Shown here: positions 51,120 through 61,569 of the stretch, piece after piece
Numbering within the stretch: position 1 is the first letter of the stretch
Layout of the letters: each line of letters starts with the position of its first letter
Source: Octopus sinensis
Lineage: Eukaryota
Direction of reading: 5' to 3'
DNA: 64,000 nucleotides
NCBI RefSeq assembly: GCF_006345805.1
Contig: NC_043000.1
Coordinates: forward strand, 12,152,001 to 12,216,000
Translations under genes and position numbers: made by a program
The notes under the pieces: model-generated
What the model was told of the DNA's origin: nothing
The model's input: only the letters and a program-made list of their open reading frames with translations
Database searches by the model: none

Positions 51120-51441
51120 TAAAACAGTATATATATTTATATATATGCATATGTTGTGTGGTATGTGTGTGTGTGTGTATCTTTGTATTTGTGTTGTTTT
51201 GTAATGTGCAATAAATATTGATTTGAAATTTTTGCACAAGGCCAGCAATTTGGGGCAGGAGATAAGTCAATTACGTCGACCCAAGTTATTAAACCGGTAA
51301 TTATTTTATCGAACTCGAAAGGATGAACGGCAAAGTCAACCACATCAGAATTTGAACCTAGGACATAAAGATATGAAATGCCGCTGAGCATTTTTCCTGG
51401 TATGCTAACAATCCTGCCAGCTCACCACCTTAATGTGCAAT

Positions 51442-51829
51442 GGATGGAAGCCCTCTGTCGGTTCCGACGACGAGGGTTCCGGTTGATCCGAATCAACGGA
51501 GCAGCCTGCTCGTGAAATTAACGTGTAAGTGGCTGAGCACTCCACAGACACGTGTACCCTTAACATAGTTCTTGGGGATATTCAGCGTGACACAGAGTGT
51601 GACAAGGCTGGCCCTTTGAAATACAGGTACAACAGAAACAGGAAGTAAGAGTGAGAGAAAGTTGTGGTGAAAGAGTACAGAAGGGATCACCACCATCCCC
51701 TGCCGGAGCCTCGTGGAGTTTTAGGTGTTTTCGCTCAATAAATACTCACAATGCCCGGTCTGGGAATTGAAACTGCGATCCTATGACCGCGAGTCCGCTG
51801 CCCTAACCACTGGGCCATTGTGCCTCCAC
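51442..51829 (-). mobile_element. SINE family C with TSD
   Basis: TSD taatgtgcaat at 51431-51441 and 51830-51840. Confidence 0.88.
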
Positions 51830-51949
51830 TAATGTGCAATACATATTAAATGAGTTTTAACCTGGGTGCATGACTTTTGGCCCACACTGCATTTCCAAAT
51901 TTTCTCTGGATCAAAGTGGACTGTTGAAGCATTGGTTTCTTCTTACTTA

Positions 51950-52180
51950 GATGACCTCTTCCAATGACCTCCCAGAAACTATCTATATGCGCACCCCCAC
52001 CGCTACACCCTGCCATCATAGTATTAACAGCAGATGCTTCAAACATTATGGTCCCAAACATACAGAAAGCACTGCCAATAATTATTAGAAAATTGAGGAG
52101 TTATATCAGACTTCAAAAAGAAAACTGGAAAATCTTTCTTTTTACTGACGTCAAGAATATTGGTTTCAAAACCTGAGATA
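51950..52180 (+). mobile_element. CR1-clade LINE 3' remnant
   Basis: Frameshifted RCFKHYGPK/.QKALP.IIR.L...FKKKLE resembles CR1/L2 C-termini. Confidence 0.4.
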
Positions 52181-52577
52181 ATATGCTTTTAAATACCTTG
52201 CACTCTGAAGAACTGCGTCTGTAATGGCAACAACAAGAACAACAACAGCAATTACAAAAACAACAACAACAACAATAACAACAACAGTAGCAGCAGCAAC
52301 AGCAACAACTACAAGTTTGTTTCTTCATGATGGTCATCATCATCATCATCATCATCATCATCTTCATCATTATCATCATTTTCTCTTTAATGGCCTAGTC
52401 CACCTAGTTGTAAGTAGATGATAGCACAACAGGATGGTTATAACTTATTTTGGTGGGCAAATGTAGCTTTGCGGAGTTGGAGAGCATTCACTTAGATAGC
52501 AGTGATATAAGTTCAAATCCTACCTTAGGCAAACCTGCAAGTAGTAAAGGAGAGCTGTTGCAGCAGCAGCAACAACA

Positions 52578-52945
52578 GGAGGCGCAATGGCCCAGTGGTT
52601 AGGGCAGCGGACTCGCGGTCGGAGGATCGCAGTTTCGATTCCCAGACTGGGCATTGTGTGTGTTTATTGAGCAAAAACACCTAAAGCTCCACGAGGCTCT
52701 GGCAGGGGGTGGTGACGACCCTTGTACTTTTTCACTCCAACTTTCTCTCACTCTTTCTTCCTGTTTCTTGTCCCCGACTTCCTATGCAACCGCTGAGCCT
52801 GGATGTGCATTCATCCATCCGTCGATGCTCTCGGTGTCGGGGGTTGACCTGCTTTCTCTTCTGCGGGTCTTATGAATAGCAAAAGGACCACGTTTCGGAC
52901 TTCTCCCATCTTGTGAGCTCTGGGACGAAGACTGTTCACTCAACA
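52578..52945 (+). mobile_element. SINE family C inside (CAA/CAG)n
   Basis: ggaggcgcaatggcccagtggttagggcagcggactcgcggtc...; trinucleotide repeats on both sides. Confidence 0.88.
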
Positions 52946-53288
52946 GCAACAGCAACAGCAGCAACAACAACAACAACAACATTAGCTAGGAGCAGGCATG
53001 GTTCTGAGATTAAAAGGTTTACTTTGCAGTTACATTGTTTTCAATGTGACCCCACCACGGGGCCTCTTGAGCAGGTATTTTCTACTGTAGCCTTAACTTG
53101 GGCAAAGTTTACTTCACAGTTACATTGTTTTCAGTTTGGTCCCACCATGGGCCCCTTGAGCAGGTATTTTCCACTGCAGCCTTGGCTTTCAGCAAAGCTT
53201 AGGGAGTAAAATTTAAAAGAGGGAAACTGTATCAAAGCCTGTCAGAGAGGCCATTCCTGTTCTTTGATGGTAACCATTGCTTGGTTAA

Positions 53289-54091
53289 CCCTTTTGTTAC
53301 ATATATCTAGATTTATTGAAATACACTACCCTGTTTCTCAATTAATTTTGCAAATAATGGAGTTTTTTGTAAAATAACTAGGATATTGGAACACATTTCC
53401 ATGGAATGTTTTAATTAAGATAATTTTAACCTTTTAGCATTCAAATTAGTCTGTTAAATGTAATGCTTATTTATTCACATTGTTTTGAATTAATCATACA
53501 TTATCACATAATTTCAAGATTTCAATGATATGGTTGTATTTTTTTTAAATGGCATCATAGGGGAGGTGTGAGAGGTCAGACCTGGCTAGTTTGGACATGA
53601 AACAGGTAGAATATTTGTACTGGATATGGCTGGTTTAAACGTGAATGTGTTAAAACATGCATTTGTATCATGGAAAATAAGGTAGTCTTAGACAGGCTGA
53701 TATTGAAAGGGCTAACTATACCACCTTGGCGGCTTTTAGCAGAATTTAATCTGTTGATGGCATTTGGGTTAAAGTTTTGGTCTAAGGATTACACCCTCCT
53801 TCCCTTCTTTCTACTAATTTTGGCGGTCTTGGAAAGGATCATAGATGCAGCTCTTCCACCTCTGATTAACCCTTTCATTACCGTATTTATTTTGAGATGC
53901 TCTGTGTTTCTTTCAATTAATTTTAAATGTAACAAAGAATTTATTAAAATAACTTAGTTATCATTCAGCTAGTGTTAGGAACATAAATTGTGACTAAGGT
54001 TTGGTGGAAGATTTTAATTTAATACTTATGAAAACAAGACATTTGTACTACAGAGTCAGAGCCGGTTTCGGCCGGGCTGGTATCAAAAGGG
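53289..54091. mobile_element. Cluster of TTAA-type MITEs (53289-53711 with nested 53430-53649; 53870-54091)
   Basis: ttaa-ccc...ggg-(t/c)taa termini. Confidence 0.75.
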
Positions 54092-54189
54092 TTAAACCAT
54101 AAAAAAAACTTCTCTAAAAATCATCACCAATGGCAGCAGTTATAACAACAGCAATAGGGACATATTTCATTACTGGAGCATGGAGCATC

Positions 54190-54720
54190 CCGCTGGAACT
54201 AGATCACAGGAAAGGTGTGTCTCCATGTGCAGACAATGTCACTGTCATGGAGTTAGACTCTTCGGACACAGAAAAGAATGACACTATACTGAAAGAATAT
54301 CAGGAATGCACAGGAGCACTCATAAACCAGGACAAGTCAATAGGTCTGCAACTAGGTTCTTGAAGACGCAAATCCTTGTGAACTAGTGGGAATATCTGTC
54401 ACTGGACAGAGGTTCTGATGAGGTGCTCGAAGTCTGATTCGACCAGATCTCCAGGTAGATAGGAACTGGGAAGAGGTTATGACTAGGGTGGCCAAGCTCA
54501 CCCAGAAATGGGCAGAAAGAAAGCTGTCTTTGCATTAGAGTGTTGTGGGATTGTGTGGAGAAGCTGTTGTTATGTTTAAGATGAATTCAGCTGTCTGTTG
54601 AGTGTATAGTGAAGATCGATGCACCACCTTCCCTTAGGAAGGAAGGAAGATCTTTCTCAGTTTAGTGGCTGTGGCAAAAGAGGCTGGTGATGGACCCATC
54701 TAAAAGGTTTGAAGACAGTC
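54190..54720 (+). mobile_element. L1/Tx1-clade RT remnant
   Basis: PCADNVTV (YADD-like), ILKEYQECTGALINQDKSIGLQLG, NWEEV..RVAKLTQKWAERKLSL. Confidence 0.7.
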
Positions 54721-54971
54721 ACATTCTTATCTGGTCAAGGCCTGATCTGTTTCTTCCAATGTCATTTTGAAGAGGAAGGTGTGGGCAGAGAGGAAGGTTC
54801 TGCCTTCTAGTGTGTTTATCAAAAGGTGGTTGTTATATCCTTTAATATGGTAGAATTTCCCCTTGATTGATGTTAATCCCACATATGGTGTTTTTGTAAT
54901 TTTTTTTGTGCTGTAACTCATCCTTTAATATTGACTTCCATGTATTGGGTCCTTGTGGCCAATAAAAGAAA

Positions 54972-55004
<33 letters not shown>

Positions 55005-56190
55005 CTTTGTAATACATCAATGGCTACATCAATGATCTGACAGTATTTGTCTCTCTTATTCAATATGACAATATCTGGTCGATGGTGTTCGATTATACGA
55101 TCCGTCTGAAAATCATAGTCCCAGAGTATCATTACTTTTCCATCCTCCTGCATAACTTTATTTGGTACAAGATCATACCAGTTCTCTGTTACTTCATATT
55201 GGTATTTATGAATTGGAGCCAATGAAGATACACTCACACTTTATCGTGGCAGTGCTTGTATTGTTTTTGTGCAAGGCTCTCACATCCACTTACCAAGTGG
55301 GTCACATTTTCCATGCTCTTTCTACAGAGCCTGCATTTCTGGGTGTCAAAAGTTTTATAGATGCTATACTTCACTGAATTGGTAGCAAGAGCCTGGTCTT
55401 GTGCAGCAATGATCAGGCTTTCGGTGGTACGCTTCAAATCACCTTGCTCAAGCCATGCCCACGATGTTGTATTATCCTTAACGTCTTGTGTATTCCTTTC
55501 AAATTGTCCATGCATTCTCATTTCAAGAAGGTCTTCTTTTCTCTTCTCCTCAGTTCTTTGGTTAAACTCCACCTTGCTCATCATCTCATCGGCATTTACA
55601 TCCATATCTTTCGCGGCATATTGCAGCAGGTCTTCATCACTATTTATCAAATACACGGCAAGCGTTCTCCTTTCACTCCTTAAACAATGGTCTATACTAA
55701 TTAGTCCTCTGCCATTTCTTTTCATTTAGTCTGTTTACGTTTGCTTTAGGGTGCAGCGCACCACACAGCATCATCGACTTTCTCGTCCTTCTATCCAGTA
55801 TTGATATTTCCTCCTTAGTCCATTTGAGGATGGACGTACTATATCTAACCACTGTAACTGCCCAGATATTCATTGCGGTAATCAAATTTTTGGCATTCAG
55901 GTTGGATTTCAACACCATCTTCACACTTTTTTGATATGCCTCACTGACCTTGACTTCCATTTCTCTGTTTAGAATGTCATACAGCTCCAAAATCCCTAAA
56001 TATCTATACACACTACTGTCAGGTTCACCTATGGTCCCTCTTGATGGTAACCGCAACCCTCTGCAGGCTGCTTTCTTCCCCCTTTTCATATTAAGTACTG
56101 AGCATTTGGTAATCCCAAATTCCATACCGATGTCCCTACCACACTTCTGGATTGTTTTGGTTAAGGAATCTATCAGATTTCCCAAACAAT
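55005..56190 (-). mobile_element. R4/Dong-clade non-LTR retrotransposon fragment
   Basis: DIGMEFG..KC, YRYLG, LDRRTRK...HPKA, GRGL, CCHC knuckle CRLC-x7-H-x4-C, RLE motif RPDIV...IIDVAI; ends in (AAT)n. Confidence 0.9.
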
Positions 56191-56325
56191 TTCAGGTCAT
56201 CCATAAATATGAGCAGAAACTACTGCAGTAGGTATTGAAAACACTGGTGTTGGTGAGGTGAAGGTTTCAAAACTAGTTGATTTGGTTTTCTGGGGATATA
56301 AGTCCAGAATGTAAATGTCACTGTG

Positions 56326-56373
<48 letters not shown>

Positions 56374-56559
56374 GCGCGCACGCGCGTGCGGGTGTGTGTG
56401 CGTGTGTAAATGTGTGTATCAGTGTATGTTTGTGTATGCAGGTAAAAATCTGTATGCATGTGTAAAAGTGTGTGTGTGCATGTATAAGTGAGTGTTTGAG
56501 TGTGTGTATTTGTGTGTGTAATGGTATGTTATTGTTTAACAGGTAATATTGAAATAGTG

Positions 56560-56767
56560 GAAGAGATAAGAGATTGCTCTGGGTTTGCATTAAGTAAGAA
56601 ATTGAAAATCTTTTTGGCCCATGACACTACATGGGCCCTCTAAGTAAGGCATGTGTAAAATTGGAATGAAATCAGAAGTGTAGTTCTTGAGTTTTAGGGA
56701 TTCACAAAGACAGACAGACAGACAGACACAGAAACACGTGCACATTTTCATCTTTATATATATAGAT
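56560..56767 (-). mobile_element. Non-autonomous Helitron 5' fragment
   Basis: Minus strand starts A|TCTATATATATAAAG followed by a (TCTG)n tract, same architecture as 18735-19118. Confidence 0.5.
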
Positions 56768-57170
56768 GTACTTTATATCGTGCCGGTGGCACGTTAAAAG
56801 CACCAACTGATCGTGGCTGATGCCAGACTCCCCTGGCACCTGTGCAGGTGGCATGTAAAAAGCACCCACTACACTTGCGGAGTGGTTGGCGTTAGGAAGG
56901 GCATCCAGCTGTAGAAACACTGCCAGATCAGACTGGAACCTGGTGCAGCCTCCTGGCTTCCCAGACCCCGGTCGAACCGTCCAACCCATGCCAGCATGGA
57001 AAGCAGACGTTAAATGATGATGATGATGATGATATATATATGGAACTTCAGTATGGCTGCAGTCAAATGACTGAAACAAGTAAAAGAATATGTTTGTGTG
57101 TGTGTATATATATGCCAACATGAAGGTTAAATGTTGATGATATGATGGACATGATGATGATGATAATGAT

Positions 57171-57270
57171 NNNNNNNNNNNNNNNNNNNNNNNNNNNNNN
57201 NNNNNNNNNNNNNNNNNNNNNNNNNNNNNNNNNNNNNNNNNNNNNNNNNNNNNNNNNNNNNNNNNNNNNN
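57171..57270. other. Assembly gap (100 N)
   Basis: Direct reading. Confidence 1.
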
Positions 57271-57567
57271 TCAAGCACAAACAACAAGAAATAACAATAG
57301 GCGCCTTTGGATATATATATGTGACTCACTCCCCATGCAAGTGGCGTGTAAAAGGCACTATCTGAATGTTAATGGTGCTAGGCCCACCTGATTGGCTCCT
57401 GTGCCAGTGGCATGTAAAAAGCTCTTGGAGTTGTTGGTGTTAGGAAGGGCATCCAGCTGTAGAAACATTGTCAGATCAGATTGGAGCCTGGTGCAGCCGC
57501 TGGCTTTCCAGACCTCAGTCAAACTGTCCAACCCATGCCAGCATGGAGAACAGACGTTAAACGATGA

Positions 57568-57606
<39 letters not shown>

Positions 57607-57784
57607 CACACACATAGTATATAGGCACAGGTGTGGCTGGGTGGTAAATTGTTTGTTTCCTAACATAATTCTAGGTTCAGTCAAGAAGCATGACACTTTG
57701 GGCAAGCATCAGCTACTATAGCTCCATGCCAATTAAAAATCTGTGAGTGTATTTGGTGAATGGAAACTGAAGGAAGCCTGTCAT

Positions 57785-58175
<391 letters not shown>

Positions 58176-58722
58176 GCGTTCATTATTTTACCCTTGTTCT
58201 AGTGCAACAACCTTCCATGTTTGATTTCATTTGGTTTCCTTGTATGTCTCTACTGTCCTGTTTTTGTTCCCAACTTTTACTTTGGTACTTATGAGACCAA
58301 CAGTCTTCGAAGACTCATATTGTCGTTCAATGCTCGAAATGAGGAATAGATAGACTGCCGACAACTGATGAAGGGTCGTTCTTCGTATTTCTTGTCCTGT
58401 TTTCCATTTGTTTCTCTTGTTGCTTGCATATTGGACTCATTTGATTTCGTATTTCATGTTGCTTACTGTTGGTGATGTCCTGTACCCATATATGAATGCA
58501 TCATCATCATCATCATCATCGTTTTCCATGCTGCCTTTTGGGTATATCTGCATCACTATCTCCATATCAGCTCACCTGTATTTCTCTTGCAGCCTCTCTT
58601 TACCTTGTGGACCTTGTCCTTGACAAAAGTTTCAAAGTTTCAGTTCAAATTATTTAAGTACTATTATATGTTATCTATACAAAACATCTCTAGCTTTCAC
58701 ATTTTGCCTGTAAATGTGTATC

Positions 58723-58759
<37 letters not shown>

Positions 58760-59148
58760 CTATCATTTAGCCTCCATTTTCCATGGTGACATGGGTTAGA
58801 CTGATTGAATGGGACTAGTAAGCTGCACCAGGTTCCGGTCTGTTTTGGCCTGGTTTCTGTGGCTGGGCGCCCTTCCTAATGTCAACCACTCCATGCAATG
58901 CCCTGTATGTTTTCAATGTGCTGACAGGGGTGGTTTTTACGTGTCACTGGCACTGGCCACAACTATGGTTTTACTTAGTTTGACATATCTTCTGTAGCAC
59001 ACCAAATCACCAAAAGCCCCAATCATTTGCCATCTCCTCTGTGAGACTCAACATCTGAAGATCACATTTCACTATTTCATCCTACATTCTCCTGGGTTTA
59101 CCTCTTCACAGGTTCTCTTCACAGATAGAAATTAGTACTTCTTTATGT

Positions 59149-59231
59149 AGGTGTATATATATATATATATACATATATATGTGTGCATGTGTGTGTGCAT
59201 ACATACATACATACATACATACATACATACA

Positions 59232-59267
<36 letters not shown>

Positions 59268-59397
59268 TACTTTGGGCTTGGTAGATGAGTTCAGCAAAAA
59301 ATTTAGATTCAGATGAATATGGTTCTTAAGTTGAGGCACCAGGTGTATATATATATACATATATGTATGTGTGCATGTGTGTGTGTGTGTGTGTGCA

Positions 59398-59430
<33 letters not shown>

Positions 59431-59507
59431 TATACTTTGGGCTTGGTAGATGAGTTCAGCAAAAAATTTAGATTCAGATGAATATGGTTCTTAAGTTGAG
59501 GCACCAG
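59149..59507. repeat. Tandem duplication of a microsatellite plus ~75 bp unique sequence
   Basis: Copies 59149-59340 and 59341-59507; unique parts identical, microsatellite lengths differ. Confidence 0.92.
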
Positions 59508-59557
59508 AATTTAGTACAGTATTATCCATACAATTTCAAAGTAAGATGATTAAAATG

Positions 59558-59804
59558 AAAATAAGCAACAAGGATATCCAGAGGTAATGCACTATGTTCG
59601 TTTCATGCAACTCCATTTAATTGAACAATGCAATCATTACATCAATTTAAAATGCAGAGCAATCTTCAGAAGCACAAAGACAGAATGTGCATCTGAAGAT
59701 TGGTCTGCATTTTAAATTGATGTAATGATTGCATTGTTCAATTAAATGAAGTTGCATGAAACGATCATAGTGCATTACCTCTGGATATCCTTGTTACTTA
59801 TTTT
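59558..59804. repeat. Near-perfect fold-back palindrome (119-bp arms) with hammerhead motif in each arm
   Basis: Arms 59558-59676 and 59686-59804, 5 mismatches counted; CTGAAGA 59693, GAAA 59758. Confidence 0.92.
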
Positions 59805-59883
59805 GATACATATATATATACATATGCATATACGTACATATACATATACGTACATATATACATATACATATATATATAAATTC

Positions 59884-59943
<60 letters not shown>

Positions 59944-60313
59944 CATACATACATCATCATCATCATCATCGTTTAACGTCCATTTTCCATGCTAGCATGG
60001 GTTGGATGGTTCGACTGGGTCTGGGAACCCAGGAGGCTGCGCCAGGATCCAGTCTGATCTGGCTGTGTTTCTACAGCTGGATGCCCTTCCTAATGCCAAC
60101 CACTCCATGAGTGTAGTGGGTGCTTTTTACATGCCACTGGCACAGGTATCACAACTACAATTTCTATTTGATTTTTTGCTGTTGATGTACTTGACCCAAT
60201 AGGTCTCCTCAAGCACAGCAGGTCACCCTATGATCCAAGGTACTTTGGATGGGCTGGGGCTTCTATGTGAAGCTGGTGCAGGAAACAGCCATGAACTCAC
60301 GTTATTTATCGCG

Positions 60314-60375
<62 letters not shown>

Positions 60376-60540
60376 ACGTATGTATGTATGTATGTATGTA
60401 TGTATATGTGTATGTATGTATGTATATGAAAGAAAGAAATGAAGGTGAAAATTCAGAGAGTTTAAATGAAAATTATTTAAATTAAAATAAATATGATGGT
60501 TTTTGGTAAGCAGTGTTGATTTATACAACTCTGTAAATAA

Positions 60541-60712
60541 TAATATTTTATAAGCTTAAAGCTTATAAGCAATCACCATGCAATGATAGGAAAAAGCAGA
60601 GTTCTTGTAACCCTACTTTATTCCGTCAAGGGTTTATATGCCCCAGTATTAGGCTATTTGCTTTAGTCATTGCATGGTGATTCCTTATAAGCTTTAAGCT
60701 TATAAAATATTA
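60541..60712. mobile_element. MITE with 46-bp TIRs
   Basis: taatattttataagcttaaagcttataagcaatcaccatgcaatga and its reverse complement, one mismatch. Confidence 0.8.
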
Positions 60713-61078
60713 AAATTAATGCATTTAACAGGTTTCATATTTGTAAACTGAATCAAATTGCAGAAACAATTCAGTTTGTGATACAGCTCCATGTTCCTCA
60801 AAATTTACCCTTTTGAAAATCATTCGAGAGTGAAACCTGTTAAATGTATTAATTTTAGTTTAATTAAATCTTCATATATACACTCTGTGCATTTTCAGCT
60901 TCACTTATCTCTCTCTTTTACTCACACAGACATGTATGTATATCTATATATTCATTCATGCATGTGTGTGTGTGTGTGTATGCACATGTGTTTATGTCTG
61001 TGTGTGTGTATGAATGTATGTATGTACATATAATATATCATATATATATATATATATAACATGTATATATATATATAT

Positions 61079-61115
<37 letters not shown>

Positions 61116-61356
61116 GATATATACATATATATATATATATATAATAATACATGTGTATATATATATATATAGATATATATATATATATACTACATGTATA
61201 TATATATATACATACATGTATATATATATATATATATATCTATATATATATATATATATATATTACACCTGTATATATATATACCGGAATAAGCACATAA
61301 ATGCAAAACAAGATGGAAAAAATAGTACTCAAATACCAGTGGTAGAGTAATATGCA

Positions 61357-61454
61357 TTATTAAAAGCAGCAGAAATATCACAAAAACTGTTACTCAGAGT
61401 TTCACATTCCCATTCATCGGACAGTTTTTGTGATATTTCTGCTGCTTTTAATAA
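61357..61454 (-). ncRNA. Hammerhead-like core closed by a perfect 34-bp inverted repeat
   Basis: Arms 61357-61390 and 61421-61454; loop on minus strand is CCGAUGA aug-ggaa-ugu GAAA cuc-ug-ag UA. Confidence 0.72.
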
Positions 61455-61515
61455 AGTATATATATATTATGATGTGTGTGTGTGTGTGTGCATGCATGTG
61501 TGTGTATGCGTGTGA

Positions 61516-61553
<38 letters not shown>

Positions 61554-61569
61554 ATATATATATCTAGGT

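Noticed and set aside
51846-52110. Hydrophobic minus-strand ORF suggesting a membrane-protein exon
   Set aside because: There is an in-frame stop upstream, and the opposite strand resembles a decayed CR1-type LINE end.
52578-52650. tRNA gene calls for SINE heads (also 28471, 26735, 50725)
   Set aside because: A and B boxes are present, but there is no proper cloverleaf or acceptor stem and each head continues into a multi-copy SINE body.
58320-58380. gctcGAAA...CTGATGA as a type II hammerhead
   Set aside because: Stems I and III cannot be formed convincingly.
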